NCBI RefSeq assembly: GCF_000011805.1
Contig: NC_006841.2
Length of the DNA: 32,000 nt
Source: Aliivibrio fischeri ES114
GTDB taxonomy: Bacteria; Pseudomonadota; Gammaproteobacteria; Enterobacterales; Vibrionaceae
Direction: 5' to 3' (one strand)
In this document: one piece after another, positions 19,637 to 28,912 of the stretch
How positions within the stretch are numbered: position 1 is the first letter of the stretch
How the letters are laid out: the number at the start of each line of letters is the position of its first letter
Position numbers and translations under genes: made by a program
Notes under the pieces: generated by a model
Database searches by the model: none
What the model saw: the letters and a program-made list of their open reading frames with translations, nothing else
Told to the model about the DNA's origin: nothing

Positions 19637-21601
19637 ATGAAGTGGATAGAAAATGCATCATTGCGCCAGCGTTTATCTTTACCAATAATCATATTTGCAC
19701 TGAGTTTATTCGTTATGTTTCATGGTTATAACTATGTAAGCACGTATAAAACAGAAAAAGATAATTTAATTAATCGTATTAAGATTTTATCGATTGGAGT
19801 CAGTATTAACCTAAAACCGGCTTTAATTTTAGGTGATAAAGCAACTGCCAGTAAAATTTTAGATGCGTTTAGTGCAGACGAAGCAATATTACAGGCTGTC
19901 GTGATGGACAATGACGGTCAAATATTTATCGAATATAAAAACACAACCCAATTATCACATGCACCTAATGCCGAATTAAAACAACAAATGTTAATTGATG
20001 GGTATGCTATAGGTGACCATTTCATTTATGTGTCTATTCCGTTTGCTTTAAATCCACAAGAAACAGCACAAATGAATCTGATTGTTTCAAAAGACATACT
20101 AGATGAAACTCGAGATACCGCATTAAAGATGTTTATCTTTATGCTTCTGTTATTTGTTATTTGCGGCTACTTCATTATTTGTAAAATACAAAAGTGGGTT
20201 ATTACTCCTGTCAGCAGCTTAAATCATGCAATGCAAGGGATCATAACGAGAGGTGTGTTCGATGAGCGTCCACAAGTTGTTACGCATGATGAATTAGGTG
20301 ATTTAACCGCTTCATTTAATAAAATGACAAGTAAACTTGAAGAGCGTCAAAAGCAATTAAGCTATGTGTTAAAAAAAGTGGAACATGAGAGAGATTTTGG
20401 AGAGCAAATTATCACTGCTGTTCAACATGCACTTTTTGTTATTGATAAAAAAGGGCTTATTATTTTAAGTAATGAAGCATCGAAAGTGATGTTTCCTAGT
20501 TTGTCGATTAATTTATTTGAAAGTCGTAATTTACTCGATGTGATACAGCCAAGTAATGAAGAAGATTTATTAGAGATTATCGATAATCGTAAAGAAGTGG
20601 ATGATTTACTTATTCAGACATGTGATAGCAAGACACTACAAATCACATCAAGAGTGCTATCAAATCAAAATCAAGTATTACTTTCAATGGTTGACGTTAC
20701 TGAGGCTTTACGAAGTCGAACTCAACAGAAATTGGCAGCAAATGTATTTAAAAATAGCCAAGACGGTGTGTTGATATACGACGCGGATGGAAAGCTAACA
20801 CTGATGAATCCTGCATTTACCGATATCTTTGGTTATCAAATGAGTGAGTTAAGTAATATACCCATGTTAACGTTATTCGATGGTCATCATTTCACAACAT
20901 CGACGAGTTTGATCACAGAGTCAATTCAGCGTTTTGGTCAATGGCATGGTGAAGTCTTAGAAAAAGATAAATACGGTGCAGAGCTTCCTTTGTATGTTAA
21001 GGCAAGTAAGATAATTGATACTGAACAATATGGTCAAAATAGCTATATATTTATATTTACAAACTTATCTGATGTTAAAGAAAAAGAGAGACTGGATCAT
21101 TTAGCACATCATGACGTATTAACTGGCCTGCCTAATAGAGCAAAATTTTATCAAGCAGCGAATGACACAATATTGCTGAAAGAAGGGAGCATAGGTCAGA
21201 TGGGACTTTGCTACCTTGATCTTGATGGATTTAAACAAATTAATGACACTTATGGGCATGATGCTGGTGATGAAGTGTTAAGAGTAGTTGCAAAGCGCTT
21301 AGAACACGCGGTAAGAGCGAATGATTTGGCATCGCGTTTAGCTGGCGATGAGTTTGTGCTATTTATTAATCCGGTTGCTAATAGAGAGCAATTGATTGAG
21401 TTAGCAGATAGAGTCATCTTTTCAATCCAAGCACCAATTACATATAAAGGTACTTTATTGTCAGTTAATGTCAGTATAGGCATTACAATCGCTGATTATA
21501 ATGATGGTAAAGATGTTGATGCACTGTTAAAAGAATCAGATAAAGCCATGTATGAGGCAAAATTAACAGGCAAAGGAAAGTATATGTTTCACAAAATTTG
21601 A
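19637..21601 (+). CDS. Membrane diguanylate cyclase: CHASE8-like sensor, HAMP, PAS, GGDEF
   Basis: 'PSALNHAMQGI...DELGDLTASFNKM' HAMP-like region, PAS 'DGVLIYDADGKLTLMNPAF', 'DPLTGLPNRAKF'-type motif 'DVLTGLPNRAKFYQ', active site 'RLAGDEFVLF'. Confidence 0.9.
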   Translation: MKWIENASLRQRLSLPIIIFALSLFVMFHGYNYVSTYKTEKDNLINRIKILSIGVSINLKPALILGDKATASKILDAFSADEAILQAVVMDNDGQIFIEYKNTTQLSHAPNAELKQQMLIDGYAIGDHFIYVSIPFALNPQETAQMNLIVSKDILDETRDTALKMFIFMLLLFVICGYFIICKIQKWVITPVSSLNHAMQGIITRGVFDERPQVVTHDELGDLTASFNKMTSKLEERQKQLSYVLKKVEHERDFGEQIITAVQHALFVIDKKGLIILSNEASKVMFPSLSINLFESRNLLDVIQPSNEEDLLEIIDNRKEVDDLLIQTCDSKTLQITSRVLSNQNQVLLSMVDVTEALRSRTQQKLAANVFKNSQDGVLIYDADGKLTLMNPAFTDIFGYQMSELSNIPMLTLFDGHHFTTSTSLITESIQRFGQWHGEVLEKDKYGAELPLYVKASKIIDTEQYGQNSYIFIFTNLSDVKEKERLDHLAHHDVLTGLPNRAKFYQAANDTILLKEGSIGQMGLCYLDLDGFKQINDTYGHDAGDEVLRVVAKRLEHAVRANDLASRLAGDEFVLFINPVANREQLIELADRVIFSIQAPITYKGTLLSVNVSIGITIADYNDGKDVDALLKESDKAMYEAKLTGKGKYMFHKI

Positions 21602-21701
21602 CAAAAGTTTTACAAAATTGAGTTATATCTATTTAATTAATGCCATATGATGTTATATTAATCAGGTCTTTTAATTTTCAACACGAAATAAGGTAAGTTT
21701 A

Positions 21702-21782
21702 ATGGAAATTTTATTATTGGTTGCATTTGTTATCGCTGGTGCAATTATGGTAAAGAAAGAAAAAGCAGAGCAATCTAAGTAA
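21702..21782 (+). CDS. Very small single-pass membrane protein (26 aa)
   Basis: Own translation: MEILLLVAFVIAGAIMVKKEKAEQSK; upstream purine-rich 'AGGTAAG'; followed by a strong terminator. Confidence 0.5.
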   Translation: MEILLLVAFVIAGAIMVKKEKAEQSK

Positions 21783-21822
21783 TATAGATATCCCTTTTAT
21801 AAAACAATTTTGTATCTATATT

Positions 21823-21855
21823 AAACCAAGATAAATCAAGTGTTTATCTTGGTTT
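21823..21855. terminator. Terminator hairpin between the small ORF and the pat-like gene
   Basis: AAACCAAGATAAA...TTTATCTTGGTTT followed by T-run. Confidence 0.85.
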
Positions 21856-21890
21856 TTTTATGCCTCATGAAGTATTTACACTGATTGGTT

Positions 21891-24569
21891 TTACAGTTCC
21901 AAAAACATATCAACAACACCATCGCTCATTTGAATATCTACTGAGAAGCCTAGATGTTGTGCAAGCCCGATCATTCCGTGGTTTGCAGGCATTGTCATTC
22001 CCGTCATTACTTTAATGCCAATACTTTGGCAATAACGAATAATTTTCTCCATTAAGATTTTTCCTAAGCCTAGACCTTTTAGATCTGATCTAACTAACAC
22101 GGCAAATTCAGTGTTTGTATGATTCGGATCAGAAAGAGCTCGAACAACAGCAATAATAATTTCTTCACCATCTATTTGTTTGGTTGCAACGAACGCCATT
22201 TCTCGGTCGTAATCAATCTGCGTAAAATTGGCAAGGGCTTCGTGATTAAACTCACCAACTTCTGAGAAGAAACGTTTATATAAATCATCATGTGATACTT
22301 GAGAAATAAAAGAAGCATGTTTAGGCTCATCTTCGGGAAGAATAGGGCGAAGTAAAACAGAGCTGCCATCTTTAAGCTGTGCAAATTCTTCTAATTCATT
22401 AGGATAAGGTCTGATTGCTAATCGCTTATGAATATCTCCGTTAAAATGTTGTACTTTCATCGAAGAATCTATAATCGTGAGCTCCATACCAGAAACAAGA
22501 AGCGGGTGTATATCAAGTTCAACAATCTCAGGACAATCAAGTATCATTTGTGACAAGCGCACGAGAAAAGCACTTAAATCAAATAAACTCATTTTGTTAG
22601 GAGAGTTGCGGTTATGAATGATATTTTCTTTAATCGCATGCTTAATTAGGTTTTCAGCCAATGCCATATTCAAAGGTGGTAAGGCTACCGCTGCATTATT
22701 ATTAAGATCCCACTCAGATCCACCTTCACCCAATAAGATCACAGGACCAAAGACAGGATCTTGGCAGACCTTTATTCTTAGTTCTTGAGATCCTGCTCTT
22801 GCTGCCATCTTTTGAACACTTAATCCTGAAATTCGCGCGGATGGATAGCTTAATGAAACTCGGTCGAGTATTGATTGTGCGGCGGTTATCACTTCTTCAT
22901 TGGTGTTTAAGTTTAATACGACACCTTGTATATCAGATTTATGTGGAATGTCTGGTGATCGCAATTTTACTGCGACAGGATAACCGATCTTGTCTGCGAC
23001 ATAGCCGGTTTCAACTGGATCTTCAGTTATCCATGTGTCCAATGTTTTGAAACCATAGCAAGAGTAAAGAGCTTGGGTTTCATGCGTATCTAATTCAGTA
23101 AGGTTATGCGTAACACAGTTTTCTAACCATTCACGAGCCATTTGTGCGTCATGTTTACTAATGTGACCTGATGACACTGGAGTCTCTATCAATAAACCTT
23201 GGTTTCTATGATATTCAACCAGATGTAAAAATGCAGATACAGAGCTTTCAGGTGTTCTATATGTTGGTATTCCGGCTTGCGTAAAGAGTAATCGAGCTTC
23301 TTTTGAAGAGGTTTCTCCTGACCAGTTCGTTAATATGGTAAATTTAGCTTTGCGTTTATGATTTTGAATCAAGCTTATTAATTTTTCAGCGGTTCTTGTT
23401 GCGTTTGAAACCGCTGATGGGCTGTGCATAATGAGTATGGCATCGCAATCATCACTGTCTAGCAGGGCATTAACCGCATCACAGTAACGTACGTCATTGG
23501 CATCACCCCCGATATCAATAGGATTAGCATGGGACCAGTTTTCTGGTAGTGTCTTATTTAACTTTTGGATTAGTGATTCACTAAACTCAGCTAATTTGCC
23601 ACCTTGCTGCATGAGACTATCAACTGCCATTATTGCTGGGCCGCCACCATTAGTCACAATTGCTAATCGATGACCTCTAAATGGGATAGGGTGTGCAAGT
23701 GTTTCTACAGCAGCGAAGAGCTCGTGAGTATTAGATACTCTAAGCATTCCAGCCCGTCTGATTGCAGAATCGTAAACCGCATCCAAGCTCAATTGACCAT
23801 TGGTATGTAACTGAGCCGCTTTACTTCCAGCGACAGAACGCCCACTTTTTACAACCAAAATACGTCGATTACGAGCTGCTGCACGAGCGGCAGACATGAA
23901 CTGACGAGCATCTTTAATTGAATCGATATATAAAAGTATGGCTTCTGTTTTTGAATCAGTACAAAGGGTATCGAGCAATTCACTGAAATCAATATCAAGC
24001 CCATCACCTAGTGAAACAAAAGCTGAAAACCCGATATTTTTTTCATTTGCCCAATCTAAAATTGTCGTACATACAGCAGCTGACTGAGATATAAAAGCAA
24101 TGTTTCCTTTGTTGGCGTTTATTGGTGAAAATGATGCGTTTAAATTAATCCAAGGAAGGATAATCCCTAAACTGTTTGGCCCTAAGATCCTCATGTTATA
24201 TTTTGCCGCAATACGTTTTGCTTCATAAGGCAAAGGCTCACCAATGCCATTACAGTACAAGTTCATGTCAGAAGATAAAATGATGGCGCAACGAACGCCT
24301 TTCTCTCCTAGCTCTTCAATAATGGCGATGTTCTTTTTTGCTTCTGTACATAAAATGGCAAAATCAGGTGTAATAGGTAGTTCAGAAATTTGTTTATATG
24401 CCAGGATGCCACAAACGGATTTATAACTTGGATGAACAGGCATTATTGGTCCATTAAATCCACCTTCTAATAAGTTACGCGTCACAATATGTCCGGCTCT
24501 ATCAGGGTGAATAGAAGCACCAATAACAGCAATGGATTCCGGGCGTAGTAATTGTTTTAAATCTGGCAT
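21891..24569 (-). CDS. Pat/YfiQ-type protein lysine acetyltransferase (NDP-forming acyl-CoA synthetase-like plus GNAT)
   Basis: 892 aa; 'LLRPESIAVIGASIHPDRAGHIVTRNLLEGGFNGPIMPVHP' N-terminus, ATP-grasp-like middle, C-terminal GNAT 'AVLVRSDLKGLGLGKILMEKIIRYCQSIGIKVMTGMTM'. Confidence 0.92.
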   Translation of the reverse strand: MPDLKQLLRPESIAVIGASIHPDRAGHIVTRNLLEGGFNGPIMPVHPSYKSVCGILAYKQISELPITPDFAILCTEAKKNIAIIEELGEKGVRCAIILSSDMNLYCNGIGEPLPYEAKRIAAKYNMRILGPNSLGIILPWINLNASFSPINANKGNIAFISQSAAVCTTILDWANEKNIGFSAFVSLGDGLDIDFSELLDTLCTDSKTEAILLYIDSIKDARQFMSAARAAARNRRILVVKSGRSVAGSKAAQLHTNGQLSLDAVYDSAIRRAGMLRVSNTHELFAAVETLAHPIPFRGHRLAIVTNGGGPAIMAVDSLMQQGGKLAEFSESLIQKLNKTLPENWSHANPIDIGGDANDVRYCDAVNALLDSDDCDAILIMHSPSAVSNATRTAEKLISLIQNHKRKAKFTILTNWSGETSSKEARLLFTQAGIPTYRTPESSVSAFLHLVEYHRNQGLLIETPVSSGHISKHDAQMAREWLENCVTHNLTELDTHETQALYSCYGFKTLDTWITEDPVETGYVADKIGYPVAVKLRSPDIPHKSDIQGVVLNLNTNEEVITAAQSILDRVSLSYPSARISGLSVQKMAARAGSQELRIKVCQDPVFGPVILLGEGGSEWDLNNNAAVALPPLNMALAENLIKHAIKENIIHNRNSPNKMSLFDLSAFLVRLSQMILDCPEIVELDIHPLLVSGMELTIIDSSMKVQHFNGDIHKRLAIRPYPNELEEFAQLKDGSSVLLRPILPEDEPKHASFISQVSHDDLYKRFFSEVGEFNHEALANFTQIDYDREMAFVATKQIDGEEIIIAVVRALSDPNHTNTEFAVLVRSDLKGLGLGKILMEKIIRYCQSIGIKVMTGMTMPANHGMIGLAQHLGFSVDIQMSDGVVDMFLEL

Positions 24570-24793
24570 ATAAACGTCCTTTATTCCTTTATATAAGAAT
24601 AAGATAGCTGACTAGAATAGATTTGACGCTGTTAAAAGCAAATAAACGAAGACCAGCGCACAAAATAACCAAAAAAATCAAGTATTGAGCACAAAGATAT
24701 GAGTAATTTGGTACTTCATTAGCTAAAGACTTGATTGTCAGTACTATCGGGTGCAGAATTACGACAACAGCATGACAATTATTGTGAATTAAA

Positions 24794-25354
24794 ATGAAAA
24801 GAATCATTCCTATTACGTTAACCGCACTGCTAGCAGGATGTACAAGCAGTTCGTATACCACAAACATTACTACTGATTCATCTGAAGAGGTGTATCAAGT
24901 TACTCAGCCGATTGAGCAAGAAGAAACCACTTTTGAAGAAACAGAGGTTGTTGCTGTATCTGAAGCTGAAAAACCTGTTGTTAAATTAACCCCAGAAGAA
25001 ACAGCAACACCAGAAGCAAGCGATGCTGCTGTTAAGATTTTACCACCAACGGAAAAGCAACAAGATATGCATAACCGCTATGGTTATACACTTCAAATTC
25101 TGGCTCTAAGTCGTAAGACAGATCTTTCTACTTACGCTGCTAAACTTTCTGGTGAGCAGCCTGTGTGGATGAACCGTAAAACAGTAAATAATATGCCTTG
25201 GTATACAATTTTATACGGTGATTACGCAACACCTGCAGAAGCACGTGCTGCAATTAAACAACTTCCTGCTGACATTCAAGCGTACGGCCCGTTTGTAAGA
25301 AGTATTAATAGCATTAAACAATCAGATAACCCTGAATTACATAAGTTAAATTAA
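24794..25354 (+). CDS. SPOR-domain lipoprotein
   Basis: Lipobox 'TALLAGCTSS'; C-terminal 'YGYTLQILALSRKTDLSTYAAKL...WYTILYGDYATPAEARAAIKQLP'. Confidence 0.8.
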   Translation: MKRIIPITLTALLAGCTSSSYTTNITTDSSEEVYQVTQPIEQEETTFEETEVVAVSEAEKPVVKLTPEETATPEASDAAVKILPPTEKQQDMHNRYGYTLQILALSRKTDLSTYAAKLSGEQPVWMNRKTVNNMPWYTILYGDYATPAEARAAIKQLPADIQAYGPFVRSINSIKQSDNPELHKLN

Positions 25355-25405
25355 TCATAATCGGTGCATCTAAATATGCACCGATTGCTTTTTATAGTGA
25401 AAATT

Positions 25406-26398
25406 ATGACTCATATCCTTTTACTTTGTGGCGGTGGCGGCACTGAACACGAAGTTTCATTAGTTTCTTCAAAATATATCTCTCAACAACTTTCTGAACT
25501 TGATGCATTTGAAATTACGCATCTTGAGATTAAAGATGAAGGTTGGTTTCATATTGAATCTGGCTTGAAGTACGAACTACGTTCAGACAAAACATTATTA
25601 AGCGGTGAGACAGTTAGCTCTCCAGTAGATTACGTTGTTCCGTGTATTCATGGTTACCCTGGTGAAACCGGCGATATTCAATCTATGCTAGATATGCTTA
25701 GTATTCCTTATTTAGGATGTGACGCTGAATCAAGTACAAATAGCTTCAATAAGATCACATCTAAACTTTGGTATGATGCGCTTGGTATCCCAAATACACC
25801 GTACTTATTCTTAACTGAGAATAATGAAGAAACTCATCAGTCAGCATTAGCGGCATTTAAGCAATGGGGCGGACTATTTGTAAAAGCTGCATGTCAGGGG
25901 TCTTCAGTTGGTTGTTACAAGGTAACGTCAGAAGCTGAATTATCAAAAGCAATTAATGATGCATTTGGTTATTCACAACAAGTACTTGTTGAAAAAGCAG
26001 TTAAACCTCGTGAGCTTGAAGTTGCAGCATACGAAATCGATGGTCAACTATTTACGACGGCTCCAGGTGAAGTAACGGCACCAGACGGTGCTTTCTATAC
26101 TTATGATGAAAAATACGGTAGCGGTAGCCATTCAACGACATCTTTGGATGCACAGAATCTTACTGAAGAGCAAGTTAAGCTGATCGATCAATACAGTCGT
26201 AAAGTGTTCACTCAAATGAAGCTTAAAGATCTTTCTCGTATTGATTTCTTCCTAACGGATGATAATGAAATTTACTTAAATGAAGTGAATACATTTCCAG
26301 GAATGACGCCAATTTCTATGTTCCCTAAATTATTAGAACATAATGGCGATTGTTTCAAAACCTTCTTACAAAAAGCAGTACTTAACGCGATTAAGTAA
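25406..26398 (+). CDS. ddl: D-alanine--D-alanine ligase
   Basis: 'ILLLCGGGGTEHEVSLVSSKY', 'GYPGETGDIQSMLDMLSIPYLGCD', 'VKAACQGSSVGCYKV', 'EVNTFPGMTPISMFPKL'. Start placed at 25406 ATG inside the longer track ORF. Confidence 0.93.
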   Translation: MTHILLLCGGGGTEHEVSLVSSKYISQQLSELDAFEITHLEIKDEGWFHIESGLKYELRSDKTLLSGETVSSPVDYVVPCIHGYPGETGDIQSMLDMLSIPYLGCDAESSTNSFNKITSKLWYDALGIPNTPYLFLTENNEETHQSALAAFKQWGGLFVKAACQGSSVGCYKVTSEAELSKAINDAFGYSQQVLVEKAVKPRELEVAAYEIDGQLFTTAPGEVTAPDGAFYTYDEKYGSGSHSTTSLDAQNLTEEQVKLIDQYSRKVFTQMKLKDLSRIDFFLTDDNEIYLNEVNTFPGMTPISMFPKLLEHNGDCFKTFLQKAVLNAIK

Positions 26399-26413
26399 GT
26401 TTGGTTTAAATGG

Positions 26414-26440
26414 AAAAAGCCTGATAATTCAGGCTTTTTT
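26414..26440 (+). terminator. ddl terminator
   Basis: AAAAAGCCTGA...TCAGGCTTTTTT. Confidence 0.85.
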
Positions 26441-27343
26441 TGTTTTAAATACAGACTTTTGTCTCTCAGAACGTTCCGTATTACCAATATATTGGTTTGG
26501 CATTGCAGGACTTACCCAACGACCCATCTCTTGTATCTCGTGAATAGAATAACCACGCTGTGCGAGTTCTTTTGTTGCACCTACACGTGCAGATAAACCT
26601 GAAAAGTTTATTTCAAGGTTCAATAACTCATTTGCTCTACGAAATATACGGTATATAGAAGAATCATTTAAACCGTTAACTGCCACATTTTGATGTCTAT
26701 CTATAGCTCTAAATAAATGACCATCATAGATATTTGAATGTTGAAGCCATCTATTGAGTAACTCGGTTGTTTCTTCTGAAATAGCGTAATAATTCTGATG
26801 GATTTGTACCAAGCATGAATTTGTTTCGTCGTTAAAACAAATATCGTCAAGTTGTAAGTCTCGAAGTTCTCCGCGCTTTAGTAGTAATTCAAACATTAAA
26901 TACCAAATGGCAAGATCACGAATGTCTTTGAGTTCAACTGAGTTGAATAATTGATGTCTGAGTTCATCCAGCATATCAGAGGAAATACCTTCCGTTTGTT
27001 TATTATCATTGACCTTATCGACTCTTATTTTTCCTAGTGCAGACTTTACCTGAATGGATTGTGTTGGGTCTTTATACTCAAATGCCGTATGAATATGAGA
27101 TATCGAAATCAGTGCACGTTTTATCGAAGCAAGCTTTTTCACTTTTGCCTGTTTTTCTATGAAGATGCGTATAGCCGTTGTAGAGGCGGGTAGAGCGATA
27201 ACATTATTCAACTGGCAAAATTCGACAAAATTATTCCAATCATTTTTAAATGAAATAAGACTGTTATTTGAGTATTGCTTTGTTAAACACGTTGCTAGTG
27301 TATCGATATCTAATTGTGCTGATAAAAAGTGTTTTTTGTCCAT
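26429..27343 (-). CDS. Cre-like tyrosine recombinase family protein with altered HxxR motif
   Basis: 304 aa; 'LLKRGELRDLQLDDI' (Arg), 'LSARVGATKELAQRGYSIHEIQEMGRWVSPAMPNQYI' resembles Cre HSARVGAARDMARAG...GGWTNVNIVMNYI. Confidence 0.88.
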   Translation of the reverse strand: MDKKHFLSAQLDIDTLATCLTKQYSNNSLISFKNDWNNFVEFCQLNNVIALPASTTAIRIFIEKQAKVKKLASIKRALISISHIHTAFEYKDPTQSIQVKSALGKIRVDKVNDNKQTEGISSDMLDELRHQLFNSVELKDIRDLAIWYLMFELLLKRGELRDLQLDDICFNDETNSCLVQIHQNYYAISEETTELLNRWLQHSNIYDGHLFRAIDRHQNVAVNGLNDSSIYRIFRRANELLNLEINFSGLSARVGATKELAQRGYSIHEIQEMGRWVSPAMPNQYIGNTERSERQKSVFKTKKA

Positions 27344-27486
27344 TCTGATGCACCATAACTTATGCCTTTAATTAATATAACACAGTTTCATATTTGAGGT
27401 AAGATCACGAAAAACAAAGAATTAACTAGTATTTAGAGAAGATTTATTTAACCCTTAACTTATGTTGAAACACGAAGAGAAAACCT

Positions 27487-27837
27487 ATGAAGAAGACATT
27501 ATACAAAGGATTCTTTATTGAAAACAAAACAGGAATTCCAGATGATTGGAAGGTTTTGATAAGAACTCATGTGTTACACGGTCACTTAAGTGCGGTAAAG
27601 AAAAGCATTGATTGGTGGAATGAAACCGGCACGATTATCGATCCAAAAGAATTTGGTGATATGGGTGAATCAGCGCTTAATGAAAAGCGTAGTCAATTTA
27701 AATCCGAAGAATACAAAGGATTTACCATTAAGAATGATACGGGTGAACCTAAGACTTGGTACTGCTTATATCAAGGAAAATTAGCAAAAGGCTCGTTATC
27801 TGCAATTAAAAGCTTTTTGGATAAACATGAAAAATAA
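27487..27837 (+). CDS. Small protein of two tandem homologous domains (possibly DUF3319-like)
   Basis: 116 aa; 'YKGFFIENKTGIPDDWKV...GHLSAVKKSIDWW' and 'YKGFTIKNDTGEPKTWYC...GSLSAIKSFLDKH'. Confidence 0.75.
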   Translation: MKKTLYKGFFIENKTGIPDDWKVLIRTHVLHGHLSAVKKSIDWWNETGTIIDPKEFGDMGESALNEKRSQFKSEEYKGFTIKNDTGEPKTWYCLYQGKLAKGSLSAIKSFLDKHEK

Positions 27838-27876
27838 ATTACAATCTTAATATCTTTAAAAAATCCGAGATTAATT

Positions 27877-28188
27877 ATGTCTTTAGTATATTCAACAGAT
27901 GTTGGCCGAATCAAACAAGAAGAACCAAAAGCAGAACGTCCAAAAGGTGACGGTATTGTACGTATTCAACGTGAAACCAAAGGACGTAAAGGTAAAGGCG
28001 TTTGCGTTGTAACGGGTTTGGATATGGAAGATACTCAGCTTAAGTTGCTTGCAGCTCAACTTAAAAAAGTATGTGGTTGTGGCGGCTCTGTAAAAGATGG
28101 CGACATTGAAATCCAAGGCGATAACCGAGAAAAGATTAAAGACTTTCTAACTAAACAAGGCCACACAGTTAAATTAGCTGGTGGCTAA
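27877..28188 (+). CDS. yciH: YciH/SUI1-family translation initiation factor
   Basis: 103 aa; 'IVRIQRETKGRKGKGVCVVTGLDMEDTQLKLLAAQLKKVCGCGGSVKDGDIEIQGDNREKIKDFLTKQGHTVKLAGG'. Confidence 0.93.
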   Translation: MSLVYSTDVGRIKQEEPKAERPKGDGIVRIQRETKGRKGKGVCVVTGLDMEDTQLKLLAAQLKKVCGCGGSVKDGDIEIQGDNREKIKDFLTKQGHTVKLAGG

Positions 28189-28207
28189 TAGAACGTTGTT
28201 AGAGTTA

Positions 28208-28257
28208 AGCTAATAATCAAACGATGAATACGAAGTATTATTGAATGATTATTAGCT
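28208..28257. repeat. Large inverted repeat downstream of yciH
   Basis: AGCTAATAATCA (28208-28219) pairs with TGATTATTAGCT (28246-28257); inner AATAC-GAA-GTATT. Confidence 0.8.
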
Positions 28258-28353
28258 ATTTTATGGTAAATAGCCTTATGGTTAAATACGTTGAGAAAGC
28301 ATTAAGAACAAAGGGGAGAATTCGTAATAAGATATTATTTATTACCAAACTCT

Positions 28354-28381
28354 ATTTAACATAAGATATATAATGCGCACT
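28354..28381 (-). other. dif: dif-like Xer recombination site (chromosome/element junction)
   Basis: ATTTAACATAA-GATATA-TAATGCGCACT. On the minus strand this is AGTGCGCATTA-TATATC-TTATGTTAAAT; both arms match Vibrio cholerae dif1 AGTGCGCATTA-TGTATG-TTATGTTAAAT. Confidence 0.88.
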
Positions 28382-28444
28382 AGAATGCGGTAAATGAACA
28401 CGAGGAATATGAGGAAATTTATTACGAAGTCTGTTTATAAAAAA

Positions 28445-28487
28445 ACCATGATGGAACACCGCACTCATACTGGTGTCCATCATGGGT
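28445..28487. repeat. Hairpin in head of unit 1
   Basis: ACCATGATGGAACACC - GCACTCATACT - GGTGTCCATCATGGGT. Confidence 0.8.
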
Positions 28488-28912
28488 AATTATCAACACA
28501 AGGCTAGTGGTGTCATTCGATAATTATAAAAAGATTTATTTGGCTAATAAATCTCTATTTATACTCTCACATATTAACATCTATAGTGTTGATGATTATG
28601 AAAAAAAAATAGCAAAAAATGCAATATTGATACGCGCTAGCGTATTAATTTAATCTTACGAGCCTTTCTGTCTATTAAATAGAAAAAGCGCCCATTTCTA
28701 TAAATACATTGAACACTCATAAACAAACCTCAACACGTTTAAAACCTATCTTTAATGCAGCTCGCAAGCGGCTAAAAATACGCTCACCGCCTCGTTGGGC
28801 CTCTAAAACGTATTTATCAATCAAAAAGGTTATAACCAGAACCTAGAGGATTAATTAATTACCATCTTTGCTTTTTTTAAAGAACATAATCAAATCTTAA
28901 ATTTGATTGTTA

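Noticed and set aside
22172-24426. Several ORFs opposite or out of frame with the Pat-like gene
   Set aside because: The 892-aa frame has clear domain structure; the small frames do not.
24589-24867. 92-aa hydrophobic minus-strand ORF
   Set aside because: Partly overlaps the lipoprotein gene start and shows no family signature; probably the AT-rich promoter region.
27892-28116. Antisense ORF over yciH
   Set aside because: Shadow of a highly conserved SUI1 gene.
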